Source: Fidelibacterota bacterium (GTDB taxonomy: Bacteria; Fidelibacterota; UBA2242). Taken from it: 64,000 nucleotides of DNA. Below, in pieces: positions 1-11,400 of the stretch. Within the stretch, counting starts at the first letter, position 1. Every line of letters starts with the position of its first letter. The position numbers and the translations under genes were made by a program. The stretch spans positions 32,001-96,000 of the forward strand of contig JBNGDF010000001.1 of assembly GCA_049975265.1 (NCBI GenBank). Reading direction: 5' to 3'. The notes under the pieces are model-generated. The model saw only the letters and a program-made list of their open reading frames with translations, was not told the origin of the DNA and did no database searches.

Positions 1-708
1 CCAAAAATCCGGCGCCTGGCGACGATTATGGAACATGTCTGCCGCCAGTTTGAAATCCGGGAACAGCATCTGAAAGCTGCCGTCGAGGAACTGCGGGTTG
101 CCCGCACTGAAATGGAACGCTTCAATGCCCAGCTGGATGCCCGGGTCAAAGAGCGCACCCGGGCTCTGCAGGAAGCCAATTCCAAGCTCGAGTCGCTCTC
201 TACAACCGACAGCCTGACCGGTATCTACAATCGCCGTAATTTTGATGAGCAGCTGGAGGTGGAATTCGCTCGCGCGAAACGTTATAACACTCCGCTCAGC
301 TGCATTATGTTCGATATCGATCACTTCAAAAAGGTCAATGACACCCACGGACATCTCTTCGGCGATGAGGTTCTGCGGATGATCGGCATATCTTTGAAGG
401 AAGAGCTGCGCCGCCACGATATCTTTGCCCGCTACGGTGGCGAAGAATTCGTGATTTTACTGCCGGAAACCGGCTCCGAATGCGCCCACACGGTGGCGGA
501 GAAAATACGGCATACCATTGCCAAAAAGGTCGTCACCAAAGACGGTATTTCAGTGACGGTAACCGTCTCTCTGGGGGTGGCGGAGCTGGACAATGAGCAT
601 ATGAAAACCGGACGTGATCTTGTGGAAAAGGCAGACCGCGCCATGTATCACGCTAAAAACAGCGGTCGTAACCGAACAGTCGTCTACTCCCGTGCCGGTA
701 ATGAGTAG
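1..708 (+). CDS. Diguanylate cyclase (GGDEF domain after a coiled coil), 5'-truncated by the window edge
   Basis: TDSLTGIYNRR, MFDIDHFKKVNDTHGH, I-site RxxD (RRHD) and A-site YGGEEF; frame open from base 1. Confidence 0.93.
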   Translation, partial: PKIRRLATIMEHVCRQFEIREQHLKAAVEELRVARTEMERFNAQLDARVKERTRALQEANSKLESLSTTDSLTGIYNRRNFDEQLEVEFARAKRYNTPLSCIMFDIDHFKKVNDTHGHLFGDEVLRMIGISLKEELRRHDIFARYGGEEFVILLPETGSECAHTVAEKIRHTIAKKVVTKDGISVTVTVSLGVAELDNEHMKTGRDLVEKADRAMYHAKNSGRNRTVVYSRAGNE

Positions 709-771
709 AAAAGCCTTTGTATGCTTGCCTGCAGAGCTGTATATTCCGTCCTGAGTAATGTTAATGTATGA

Positions 772-3012
772 ATGAAAATATTCACTCTTCTTTTAACCAT
801 ATTTCTGATTGCCGTTAAACCACTATTCGCGCAGAATTATCTCTGGCCGACGAATTCCGGTCGCTATCTGAGCTCCAGTTTTGGCGAATATCGTGACGGT
901 CACTTCCACTCCGGAATCGACATCAAGACCAATTACCGCACCGGCTATCCGGTCTTTGCGGTGGCAGACGGCTATGTCTGGCGGGTACGGACCTCACCCT
1001 TTGGCTATGGCAAAGCTGTCTATGTCAAGCACGATGACGGCAACCTGTCAGTCTACGGACATCTCGACGAATTTACTCAATTTATCAATGCCTATGTCCT
1101 GGCAGAGCAGATGCTCCGGAAACGGTATCACACCGATATCTATTTTCAGGAAAATGAATTCCGGGTGGCGCGCGGTGACACCATCGCCTATACGGGAACA
1201 ACCGGCACCAAACATCCTCATCTGCATTTTGAAGTCCGCACACCCGATAATCGCCTGATCAACCCACTGAATACGAACCTGAAAATCTACGATCCCACCA
1301 TCCCAACCATTCAGGCGCTGGCGGTGGTACCCATCAACGAATCCTCCCGAATCAACGGGCAGGCAAACTTTCAGATTTTTGAGGCTGCCTATATCCATAA
1401 AAAACTTTTTCGGATTGCTGATACCATCGCCGTCAACGGTCCCGTCGGGCTGGAGCTGAAAACACATGACACCGTGCGCGGTGTTCCGAATTTCTACAAT
1501 CCCTACGGGATTCGCCTTTATGTCGATGACAGCCTCTATTTTTATGTCCAGTATGACAGCTTTGATTTTGATGAAACCCATCTCATCAACCTGGATCGCA
1601 ACTATCAGTTCAATCAATCCGGTTATGGTCATTTTCATCGGCTCTGGTGCAAAGACTATGCCAACAATTTACGTTTCTATACCTTGTCTCCGGGTGACGG
1701 TATCCTCAGGCTGGAGCACGGCGCCCACCATATAATAATCGAGGTATATGATAAATATATGAACACCTCGAGTCTCCATCTTAACCTCGTTGCGGCATCC
1801 CCATTTGAACCAAAATTGAAACTGTTTTCCAGATCAGATAAATCTGTCGACGCTCTTTTCGACATAAACGGAACCGATTCGGTAACCATTGACGCCGCCT
1901 GGGTCACCTCCGAAGATGCTGTTATTGAACCGGCTCAGATCGAGAATAGCATCATTGATTCAACCGGTTTAGCCGTCCGGATCACCATTCCCGATACCAC
2001 TCCGGAGGCAATCCTAAAAATATTCCTCTGCCCGAGCCAAAATAATCAAAAACGCCCCTTTTACTTCAATCTCTTCTGTGATCAGCGGGTTCTATCAACC
2101 ACGCCGTTAGTGTCGTTTATTCATAATCACAACACTTTCCTGTGTCTGGCGACTTTCGACAAAGCACCTGCCATTCGACCAACGTTCTATTGTCATACTC
2201 CTTCAGCCCTAATGGATATTCCGGCGGTATCCCTCAATCCCCGAAACTATATCAGCAACCCGATCCCGCTTGCCACACTTGAGTACGCCATTGCTCTGGA
2301 ATGGCGTTACAACGACACGCCCGAAAACATCCTGCGAATCCCCTGCCGGTTCAAGCTGGCGACTCCCGGAAGTTCAACAAGCCACTTCTCCGCAGATTCA
2401 ATTTTTGCCGCACGTTTTGATGCCAATTCGGTTTATGATACCCTGGCAATCTGGATCGCCCAAAATTCATTGAATCGCAGTCATGAATTCCCATTTTATT
2501 CTGATCTCTATACTATCAACCCCGTTGAGCAGCCGCTTAAATCCACCATTTCAATCGAGATGAATGTCCCCACCGGAGCAGAGAACCCGGATAAAATCGG
2601 GGTCTACCAGCTGGATGATGACAAATGGAAATTTCTGAACAATACCCTGATTGCAGACAACGGCAGCATGCGCGCCAAGACAAACAAACTGGGTTCCTTC
2701 GCTCTTATCAAAGACAGCCAGCCGCCCGAAATTACGGACATTTTCCCCGGCAACGGCGGTCGTTTCCGCGCCCGGGATATTGTTTATATCAGCGCCATCG
2801 TGAAGGACCAACTGTCGGGAATCAAAGACGACACCGCCATCTCCGTTATGTTGAACGATCGTCCGCTATATGTGGAATACAACGCCCCTAAAAATCACAT
2901 TCGTTACAAAATTGCAGGCGGTCTGCCCGCCGGTCAGCACACCCTGAAAATCACCGTTGTGGATAACGCTAATAACCAGACAACGGGCAGCAGCACCTTT
3001 ACTGTATACTAA
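772..3012 (+). CDS. Secreted M23 family metallopeptidase with long C-terminal Ig-like extension
   Basis: Signal peptide; HSGID, YGHL and HLHFE zinc motifs. Confidence 0.88.
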   Translation: MKIFTLLLTIFLIAVKPLFAQNYLWPTNSGRYLSSSFGEYRDGHFHSGIDIKTNYRTGYPVFAVADGYVWRVRTSPFGYGKAVYVKHDDGNLSVYGHLDEFTQFINAYVLAEQMLRKRYHTDIYFQENEFRVARGDTIAYTGTTGTKHPHLHFEVRTPDNRLINPLNTNLKIYDPTIPTIQALAVVPINESSRINGQANFQIFEAAYIHKKLFRIADTIAVNGPVGLELKTHDTVRGVPNFYNPYGIRLYVDDSLYFYVQYDSFDFDETHLINLDRNYQFNQSGYGHFHRLWCKDYANNLRFYTLSPGDGILRLEHGAHHIIIEVYDKYMNTSSLHLNLVAASPFEPKLKLFSRSDKSVDALFDINGTDSVTIDAAWVTSEDAVIEPAQIENSIIDSTGLAVRITIPDTTPEAILKIFLCPSQNNQKRPFYFNLFCDQRVLSTTPLVSFIHNHNTFLCLATFDKAPAIRPTFYCHTPSALMDIPAVSLNPRNYISNPIPLATLEYAIALEWRYNDTPENILRIPCRFKLATPGSSTSHFSADSIFAARFDANSVYDTLAIWIAQNSLNRSHEFPFYSDLYTINPVEQPLKSTISIEMNVPTGAENPDKIGVYQLDDDKWKFLNNTLIADNGSMRAKTNKLGSFALIKDSQPPEITDIFPGNGGRFRARDIVYISAIVKDQLSGIKDDTAISVMLNDRPLYVEYNAPKNHIRYKIAGGLPAGQHTLKITVVDNANNQTTGSSTFTVY

Positions 3013-3017
3013 AGCAG

Positions 3018-3710
3018 ATGTTCATACCGCTGAAAGATTCAACTTTCCGACTCAGTCCGCCGATTGTCACGATCCTGATTATCATTATTAATATCGGTGT
3101 TTTTATCTACCAGGCGAGTCTTTCACAGGAAGCCTTACAAGCCTGGGTCTATTCCACCGGTATTATTGCAAACCGCTTATTTGACCACGGGGTCATCGGT
3201 GCGGTCACGCCCTTTTTCAGTTCTCTCTTTGTTCACAGCGGTTTTCTCCACCTTGCCGGCAACATGCTCTATCTCTGGATTTTCGGCGACAATATTGAGG
3301 GCACTCTGGGACATTTTAAGTTTATTCTTTTCTATTTCTGCGCCGGTATCATCGCCGCTCTCGTACAGATTCTCATTTACCCTCAAGCCGACATTCCAAT
3401 CATTGGTGCCAGTGGTGCTATATCGGGGATTCTGGGCGCTTATTTAATCCGCTATCCCCACGCCAGAATTCAGGTATTCATCTGGTTTTTTATTTTCATC
3501 CGCCGGGTCTGGATTCCGGCACTGTACGTTCTGGGATTCTGGTTTTTACTGCAAATCAGTAACGGTCTGGGAGCGCTGACCTTTCAACAGCAGGGCGGGG
3601 TCGCCTGGTTTGCGCATATTGGTGGATTTTTAGCCGGGATTGCCTTATTATTATGGTTGGAACCCTATGAAAGGAAACGATTATGGCAGCAATTAAACCG
3701 GAAATATTAA
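3018..3710 (+). CDS. Rhomboid family intramembrane serine protease
   Basis: HLAGNMLYLW, GASGA, AHIGG motifs; multiple TM segments. Confidence 0.93.
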   Translation: MFIPLKDSTFRLSPPIVTILIIIINIGVFIYQASLSQEALQAWVYSTGIIANRLFDHGVIGAVTPFFSSLFVHSGFLHLAGNMLYLWIFGDNIEGTLGHFKFILFYFCAGIIAALVQILIYPQADIPIIGASGAISGILGAYLIRYPHARIQVFIWFFIFIRRVWIPALYVLGFWFLLQISNGLGALTFQQQGGVAWFAHIGGFLAGIALLLWLEPYERKRLWQQLNRKY

Positions 3711-4090
3711 AACAGCATGCCCAAAAGGCAGTGACGTTTTCCCATTCGCCCTTTTCAAAATACCCGGTCGGCGCCGCTCTCCTGACGGAGGACGGAACAA
3801 TTTTTGAAGGATGTAATATCGAATCCAGCTCCTACGGACTGACCGTTTGCGCCGAACGTAATGCCATTGCCGCGGCTGTGGTCAAGGGTCATACAACATT
3901 CAAAGCCCTCGCCGTCTATTCAATCAATGGCGCCACTCCCTGCGGTGCCTGCCGCCAGGTCATCTGGGACATCTGTGGTAACATTCCCATTTATATCTTT
4001 TCGAAAGAAAACTCTCCGAAAATGTACTATTCCGGAGACCTTTTACCCGCCCCTTTCGACAACACCAAGCTCGAGAAAGAAACCACCTGA
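3683..4090 (+). CDS. cdd: Cytidine deaminase (tetrameric type)
   Basis: GCNIE, CAERNA, PCGACRQ. Confidence 0.93.
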   Translation: MAAIKPEILKQHAQKAVTFSHSPFSKYPVGAALLTEDGTIFEGCNIESSSYGLTVCAERNAIAAAVVKGHTTFKALAVYSINGATPCGACRQVIWDICGNIPIYIFSKENSPKMYYSGDLLPAPFDNTKLEKETT

Positions 4091-4719
4091 TGAAACAGTC
4101 TATTCTTATTGGTATCGCTGGCGGAACCGGCTCCGGCAAAACATCCATGGCAAAAAACATTGTCCGCGATTTCAATCCCGATCAGGTCGTTATTATCGAA
4201 CAGGATTCCTACTATTTCGACCTAAAAGACATTCCACTGGACGCCCGCCACCACCACAACTTCGACCACCCCGAAGCGTACGACTTCGAGTTGATGAAAC
4301 AGCAGATCCGTGATCTGATCAACGGTCGCTCTGTCAAAATCCCCATTTACGATTACAAAACCCACACCCGCAGCACCGAAGTTCACCGCGTCAACGGTCA
4401 CAAAATCATCGTCCTCGAGGGCATTATGGTTCTCTTTGATCCCGAGCTGCGGGATTTAATGGACATCAAGATTTATATCCAAACCGCCCCGGACATCCGC
4501 TTTATCCGGCGGCTGACACGGGACCTTAAATACCGGGGACGCTCTGTGGATTCCGTCATCAATCAGTATCTGGATACCGTCCGCCCCATGCATGAGCAGT
4601 TCATCGAGCCCACCAAACAGTACGCCGATATCATCATTCCGGAAGGGGGGCATAATACCGTCGCTGTGGACCTTTTTAAAACCAAAGTGACATCATTGCT
4701 AAAACAGCTGGCAAAATAG
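4090..4719 (+). CDS. udk: Uridine kinase
   Basis: [45 protein letters not shown]. Confidence 0.95.
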   Translation: MKQSILIGIAGGTGSGKTSMAKNIVRDFNPDQVVIIEQDSYYFDLKDIPLDARHHHNFDHPEAYDFELMKQQIRDLINGRSVKIPIYDYKTHTRSTEVHRVNGHKIIVLEGIMVLFDPELRDLMDIKIYIQTAPDIRFIRRLTRDLKYRGRSVDSVINQYLDTVRPMHEQFIEPTKQYADIIIPEGGHNTVAVDLFKTKVTSLLKQLAK

Positions 4720-4780
4720 ACCCTATTTTGATAACATTAACCAAATTACGAATAATAAATGCATAAATCAGGAATTCGAA

Positions 4781-5389
4781 ATGCACAATCATACCATGCG
4801 CAGTTACCCCATGGGCATTGAGGAGGTCATCGCACTCACCGGAAAACCTTCCGGCTGGATCGAGGTGATCTGCGGCAGTATGTTTTCCGGGAAAACCGAG
4901 GAGCTGATCCGCCGGCTGCGGCGGGCACAGATTGCCAGGCAGAAGGTGGCGATTTTCAAGCCACTCCTGGATGTCCGTTATAGTGAAGACCACATCGTCT
5001 CGCACAATCAGCAGAAAATTCCCTCTATCGCCGTGGAAAAGGCAGAAGAGATTCTCGGGCTCGTGGGGGATGCTCAGGTTTTGGGAATCGACGAGGCGCA
5101 GTTTTTTGATAACTCGCTGGTTACTGTCTGCCGGCAACTGGCGAAAGCCGGGCGGCGGGTCATTGTGGCGGGTCTGGACAAAGATTACCGGGGCGAACCC
5201 TTTGAACCGATTCCTCAACTGCTTTGTGAAGCCGAATATATCACAAAAACTCTGGCGATCTGCATGAAATGCGGCAATCCCGCCAGCTATACCCAGCGCA
5301 TATCCAACTCCAGCGAGCGGGTCCTGCTGGGTGCCACCGATACCTACGAAGCCCGCTGCCGTAACTGTTTCGAACCTCCGGAAAAATGA
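4781..5389 (+). CDS. tdk: Thymidine kinase (TK1 type); start may be ATG 4811
   Basis: [21 protein letters not shown], CxxC...ARCRNC zinc lasso. Confidence 0.95.
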   Translation: MHNHTMRSYPMGIEEVIALTGKPSGWIEVICGSMFSGKTEELIRRLRRAQIARQKVAIFKPLLDVRYSEDHIVSHNQQKIPSIAVEKAEEILGLVGDAQVLGIDEAQFFDNSLVTVCRQLAKAGRRVIVAGLDKDYRGEPFEPIPQLLCEAEYITKTLAICMKCGNPASYTQRISNSSERVLLGATDTYEARCRNCFEPPEK

Positions 5390-5420
5390 CATTGTACCGA
5401 TTTATATAAAGGAAATCGCT

Positions 5421-7055
5421 ATGCGTTTTGTCGGCATCCTCGGAATTCTCACGCTGCTTGGAATCGCCTTTTTAATGTCCAACAACCGCAACAAGATCAA
5501 CGCCCGGACCGTCATCTGGGGTTTGTTATTGCAGCTGCTATTTGCCGCTATCATTTTGGGAGCGCCGCCGGTTTCCTATTGTGCCATGCTGGTTTTTGTC
5601 GGTCTTATCGTTCTGTATCTCTTCAAGGATGAAATCAATGCCGGGTTCATCGGAAACAGCTCCTATCTTTCTGCTTTCGTCATCAGTCTTTTTGTACTCA
5701 TCACCGGAGCCGTTTTCTATCTGCTTAACCGGCTGGACGTCCTGGGGTATCTCTGGTGGTTGATACTTATCGCGGTCTTCCTCAAGGCGGTTTTTAAAAT
5801 TCCCCGGTACCAGCAATATCTGGTTGCCGGACTGCTGACCGCCGGTTATGTCTGGCTCATCACCCACGGCTACACCGGACATATCATCTTTTCAGCTGTC
5901 AGTCATCGGGTAGAGAATTTTTTAGCGCTGGCAGACCTGGGCGCAGAATTTCTCTTCGGGAATCTGGCGATTCCCAAATATTACTATCCGGACTCCGACT
6001 TCTGGCCGGGATTTGGTTATCTTTTCGGCTTCAAGGTTCTGCCGGTGATTATCTTTTTCGGTGCTTTCATGTCAATCCTATACCATCTGGGTATCATGCA
6101 GGTGGTGGTAAAGTGGATGGCCCGCTTTATGCAATGGACAATGGGGACCAGCGGTAGTGAAACCCTCTCCTGTTCAGCCAATATATTTGTCGGACAAACC
6201 GAGGCGCCGTTGCTGATCCGGCCGTTTATAAGCAGCATGACCATGTCGGAGCTATTAACCATCATGGTCGGCGGATTTGCCACCATTGCCGGGGGCGTAC
6301 TGGCGGGTTATATCGCGATGGGAGTCAGCGCAATTCATCTCATATCAGCCAGCGTAATGTCGGCTCCGGCGGCGCTGGTGGTTGCAAAAATCATTTTTCC
6401 CGAAACCCAGATCTCAAAGACGGCGGGAGATGCGGAGCTTCCCAAAGATATCATCAAAACCCGTAATCTGCTGGACGCCGCCAGTACGGGTGCCACCGAC
6501 GGATTGAAACTGGCGGTAAATGTCGGTGCTATGCTGATCGCCTTTATTGCGCTGATCGGGTTCGTCGATACTATTCTCTCCTTCGCCGACCGGCTGATCG
6601 ACGGCAGGCTGCTTGGCGGAACACTGTATCACTACACCAACGCCAGCGCGCTGTCACCCGTCAGTTGCGAATATACCGGAATATTTCCGGGCAGTCTAAA
6701 AACCTTTTTTGCCACGGTGCTGAGCCCGCTAGCCTGGCTGATGGGCGTTTCCTGGCAGTACGCCGGGGAGGTGGGCAATCTGCTGGGGATCAAGCTGGCG
6801 CTCAACGAATTCGTGGCGTATGGCTCGCTGGCGGAACTGATTCACAATCAGGTCATGGATGAAAAAGCCGTCGTAATCTCCACCTATGCGCTGTGCGGGT
6901 TCGCCAATTTCTCATCCATCGGTATTCAGATCGGCGGGATCAGCGCCCTGGCACCGGAGAGACGTTCTGACCTCTCAAAAATCGCACTGAAAGCTATGTT
7001 CGGTGGTGCCATTGCCAGCTGGCTGACCGCCTCCATTGCCGGAATACTACTATAA
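5421..7055 (+). CDS. nupC: NupC/CNT family concentrative nucleoside transporter with an extra internal TM insertion
   Basis: ANIFVGQTEAPL, GFATIAG, KLALNEFVAY, LCGFANFSSIGIQIGG; AAGGA precedes ATG 5421. Confidence 0.92.
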   Translation: MRFVGILGILTLLGIAFLMSNNRNKINARTVIWGLLLQLLFAAIILGAPPVSYCAMLVFVGLIVLYLFKDEINAGFIGNSSYLSAFVISLFVLITGAVFYLLNRLDVLGYLWWLILIAVFLKAVFKIPRYQQYLVAGLLTAGYVWLITHGYTGHIIFSAVSHRVENFLALADLGAEFLFGNLAIPKYYYPDSDFWPGFGYLFGFKVLPVIIFFGAFMSILYHLGIMQVVVKWMARFMQWTMGTSGSETLSCSANIFVGQTEAPLLIRPFISSMTMSELLTIMVGGFATIAGGVLAGYIAMGVSAIHLISASVMSAPAALVVAKIIFPETQISKTAGDAELPKDIIKTRNLLDAASTGATDGLKLAVNVGAMLIAFIALIGFVDTILSFADRLIDGRLLGGTLYHYTNASALSPVSCEYTGIFPGSLKTFFATVLSPLAWLMGVSWQYAGEVGNLLGIKLALNEFVAYGSLAELIHNQVMDEKAVVISTYALCGFANFSSIGIQIGGISALAPERRSDLSKIALKAMFGGAIASWLTASIAGILL

Positions 7056-7069
7056 ATGATGAAGGAGTA

Positions 7070-7723
7070 ATGCGCATGAAAATGATTCTGTTGGGTCCCC
7101 CCGGTGTCGGTAAAGGCACACAGGCTCAGATTTTATCCAAAGAGTACGGAATTCCTCAAATTTCCACCGGCGATATCTTACGCTCGGCAATTCAGGCAGA
7201 CTCAGAACTAGGAAAAAAGGCTAACCAGTATATGTCCCAAGGGGAGCTGGTTCCCGATGAGATCATGCTGGGACTGATCCGGGAGCGTCTGTTCGGCGAC
7301 GATTCTCCCGAAGGATATATTCTGGACGGATTTCCGCGTACACTGGTCCAGGCGGAAGCGTTGAATCAGCTGTTTGCAGAAAATAAAACCCGACTGGATA
7401 TCGTCCTGCTGCTGGACGCCGATGAGGAGCTGATTCTGAAACGTTTGTCATCCCGGCGGGTCTGTCGTAAGTGCAAGGCAGTCTACAATCTGCTGACTCA
7501 ACCTCCGGCGGTGAACGGGATTTGTGACAAATGCGGCGGTCCGCTCTACCAGCGTGATGATGACAAAATTGAAACCATTCAAAACAGGCTTGCCGTCTAC
7601 AGACGCCAAACCGAACCGCTCATCAATTTCTATAAATCCATCAATCTCCTGAAAACCGTCGATTCATCAGGGAACCCGCGGGAGGTTCACCAAAATATCA
7701 TGAAACAACTGGAGGGGAACTAA
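7070..7723 (+). CDS. adk: Adenylate kinase (Zn-lid)
   Basis: GPPGVGKGTQ, STGDILR, LDGFPR, CxxC..CxxC lid, QRDDD. Confidence 0.96.
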   Translation: MRMKMILLGPPGVGKGTQAQILSKEYGIPQISTGDILRSAIQADSELGKKANQYMSQGELVPDEIMLGLIRERLFGDDSPEGYILDGFPRTLVQAEALNQLFAENKTRLDIVLLLDADEELILKRLSSRRVCRKCKAVYNLLTQPPAVNGICDKCGGPLYQRDDDKIETIQNRLAVYRRQTEPLINFYKSINLLKTVDSSGNPREVHQNIMKQLEGN

Positions 7724-7725
7724 TC

Positions 7726-8313
7726 GTGGTCACTCTGGGTATTACCGGCGGTCTGGGCGCCGGAAAAAGCACCGCCTGTCAGCGTCTCAAAGAAAAGGGA
7801 GCTGTCATTTTTGATGCCGATAAAATCGCCAAAGAGATTCTCAAAGAACCGTCCGTTCAGAAAGCGATTCAGGACGAATTTGGGATCGACGTCCTTCATA
7901 ACGGGGTGGTTGATACCGGCAAACTGGCTCGGATCGCCTTTGCCAATGAAGAAAACCAATCGGCGCTCAACAACATTGTCCACCCTTATGTAATTGAACG
8001 GTTCGAGACAATGCGGGAAACTCTGGCGGATCGGGATGGTCTGTTGGTCATTGATGCACCCCTGATTTTCGAATCGGGAATCGACGGACACCTCGATCAT
8101 ACGGTGCTGATCTATTCCACCATGAAGCTGCGGATCGCCCGCGCCCTGCGCCGGGGAAATTTAACCCGCGAGCAGATTTTGCAGCGCATGGCATTACAGA
8201 TGCCGGAAGAGGAAAAACGGGAGTTGGCCGATTTTGTGGTGGAAAATAACAGTACCGTCGAACATCTCTACGAAGAGATCGATAAACTGTACACCGGTAT
8301 TATGGGCGATTAA
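7726..8313 (+). CDS. coaE: Dephospho-CoA kinase
   Basis: GITGGLGAGKST, DAD, LNNIVHP, DAPLIFE. Confidence 0.93.
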   Translation: MVTLGITGGLGAGKSTACQRLKEKGAVIFDADKIAKEILKEPSVQKAIQDEFGIDVLHNGVVDTGKLARIAFANEENQSALNNIVHPYVIERFETMRETLADRDGLLVIDAPLIFESGIDGHLDHTVLIYSTMKLRIARALRRGNLTREQILQRMALQMPEEEKRELADFVVENNSTVEHLYEEIDKLYTGIMGD

Positions 8314-8405
8314 AAACCTGCCTGTCCAGACAAAACTCAACTCCGCCGGAACAACTCGCCATTTTAGAGGCTTGAATTTTCTACGGTTTTCGTAAATTTG
8401 AGCCG

Positions 8406-11400
8406 ATGACTCACTACCTGTTACATAAAGCCCGCCGATTGATCTTTGCCCTCCTGCTAAGCGCACTTCCGACCATTTCAGCGGCGATATCCATCAGCGG
8501 GCTAAGTCTCGAAGGGGAATCCGATCTCTGTCAATGCATCAATCATGCCCCCATATTCCGCTGGCAACTCTCGGATTCCACCCGGGAGCTGTCGTTCCTT
8601 ATACAACTCCACAAGCAGCAAGGCGACCGTGATTCACTAATTTGGGATAGTGATACCATCACCTGTTCCGGAAATCATTTCCAATATCGCAGTCTGGGTA
8701 CACTCCGCAACGGTGAAACCTACCGCCTCTCCATCCAGACATTGGATAATCAAAATGGCTCAACAGATGAAACGTCGCTCACATTTACCATGAATACACC
8801 GCCTACCGTTCCCCGAGTCGACCCCAAAAAGCCACCGGTTGCAAAAGGGAATTTTCTACGGCTACCTCCGATAACGGCGACGGACCGGCAAATTCTGGAT
8901 TCTGACATTGCATTTCAGCTGCAAATTTATCCCGACTCTCTGCTTACCGCACCCATATTGGACACTCTTCTGCCGGGGAGCGCTGCTGTCCATGACCAGA
9001 TCATCCCACTGCCGACGGGAACGCTTCAGGACAACTCTTTCGGCTTTTTCCGGCTCCGTTCGTACGACGGTGTTGAATTTTCCAACTGGAGTCCGGTCCG
9101 GAACTTCCCAAACAATGTCAGAAACGATCCACCCCGCGATTTTGATCTGGTTGCACCCCTGTACGGGGACACACTATCAGACATACCGATTTTTCGCTGG
9201 CAGGCTGCCGAGGATCCGGATGTTGTTTTCGGAAATGACAGCCTCCGGTATATTATCGAATATTCCACCGATTCCACCTTTCATTATTATGTAAACACAA
9301 TTACCGTCGGCGGACACCGGACGGAATTCGCCCTGGAAAAAGTTGTCAATCATGAGACCTATTACTGGCGGGTTTGGGCGATGGATACAGAGGGGGCTAC
9401 CCGGCGGAGCCGGCACACAGGGCGATTTACCGTTAATACCGGTAATCGGACACCGGCGGCTCCAAAAATCCTGGCACCTCTCGATAAACAGGTATTGACA
9501 CCTACGCAGTACATTCTCTGGCGTTTCGAGGATGACCCGGACAGTGCCGACCGGTTGTCTTTTACCGTAATTATTCTTGATTCCATCACAAAGGAGACGG
9601 TTTTTGAGGAGGTACTTTCCGATTCACTGGTAACCGTCTCCCGCTTCGGTCTGGCGGAGGATTTTAGTATCGGATACAACAATATCGCCCAATATCAGCT
9701 CCGACGCATTGACCCGACGCGATTGTCTGACGGTCACTACTACACCGTTCAGGTTATAGCCAGCGATAACTGGGGCGGGTTCGCCACCTCCACCCGCGAC
9801 AATGCCATGTTTCGCTATGACGATAACATCAACACCGCTCCAGAGGCACCGCAGTCCGGGTTTTTCCCCCATAACATGACTGTCCGTCACCTGCGCCCGA
9901 CGTTCGGCTGGGACGCCGCTGTGGACAAGGATGTCAACGACCGTTTGAAGTACCGGGTCCAGATCAGCCGGGATTCCACCTTTTCCAACCGGCGCTATAT
10001 CGTTCAGGAAAGCCGTTACAGCCAGACGAGTCTTCGCCTGAGAACTACGCTTCTTGAAAACACTACCTATTACTGGCGGGTACGCTCCATCGATCTGGAA
10101 GAGGCTACCTCGCCCTGGTCTTCTGTCATGCATTTCACCGTGAATCAATACAATGAGGCGCCCGACGGTATTGTCACGCTGGCAGCGCCATCTGATCTTT
10201 CCGAAATTGCGGATTCCAGCTGGATAAAATGGTTGCCTGTCTTTGATCCCGATCCTGAAGATTCGGTACATTATATTATTGAAATCAGCACAAAAACTAC
10301 CTTCTACAGCCCGCTCGTCCAAACCCGTCTCTCCACGCCACCTCATCCCGCTGATATCTGCCACACAGATACCCTTGCTGTTCGTTTTTCTACCATTGGC
10401 GCCAATAAAAAAATCAGTGACAATCACCTGTATTTCTGGCGCATTCTGGCTTGTGACAGATTCAATGTCTGCGGACCGGCTCCGGACTCACCAAACCGTT
10501 TTATCTATAATCCAATAAACGATCCGCCCTTCAGTGTCTCCCGCGGATTTCGCCCCGCCAACGGCGCAATTGTCAATAGTCGTACGCCATTGCTATCCTG
10601 GTATTCTGCCAGTGATCCGGACTTTTCAGATTTACAAATGAATCTCTCCTATAAGATTCAGATCGCCCGTGACGGGCTTTTTCAGGACGAGAAATTGCGA
10701 GAATATCAGACCGCCCCAGGTGACACCAGCTACAATGTTTCCCAGCCCCTCGCTGAAAACCAAAAATACTTTTACCGCATCCAGACCGTCGATTCCCATG
10801 GCGCTACCTCTGGCTGGTCCACCATTAATTCGTTTATTACAAACGAATTTCCTGAGCCTCCCTTCCCGGTCTCCACCGGCTTTAGCCCGAAAGATTCTGT
10901 CATCGTCACCTCCTCCGATCCACTGATTACCTGGCTGCCGACATCAGATCCCGACCCCGGACAGTATTCCCGCGATCTCTTTTACACCCTGCGCTATTTC
11001 CGGACCGCCAAACCATCCAAATACTTTGACATCTTCAGCGAAAAAGGCGTAACCAGTGTTCAGCTGGCTTACCTCAAAGAAGATCACTACTACGGATACC
11101 GGGTCGCAGCGGTCGATCCCGACGGGCTCCAAAGCGACTGGTCAGACATCCACTATTTCGGTGTCGATGCCGTTCCGCAATATCCCACAGAGTTTCAGCT
11201 GCTCTCGCCCCGTTATTACCAGGATTCGGTACGAACCGATTTCAAATTTCAGTGGCAGGCCAGCCGTGATCAAGACCTTGGCGACAAAATCCAATACACG
11301 TTTCACTACTCCACCGACAGCAGCTTCAGCTCCAGTACCTTCGAGGCTGTGGTCGAATCCGAAGATACTCTGATCGTCGAATACCAGCCCGCCATTCCCC

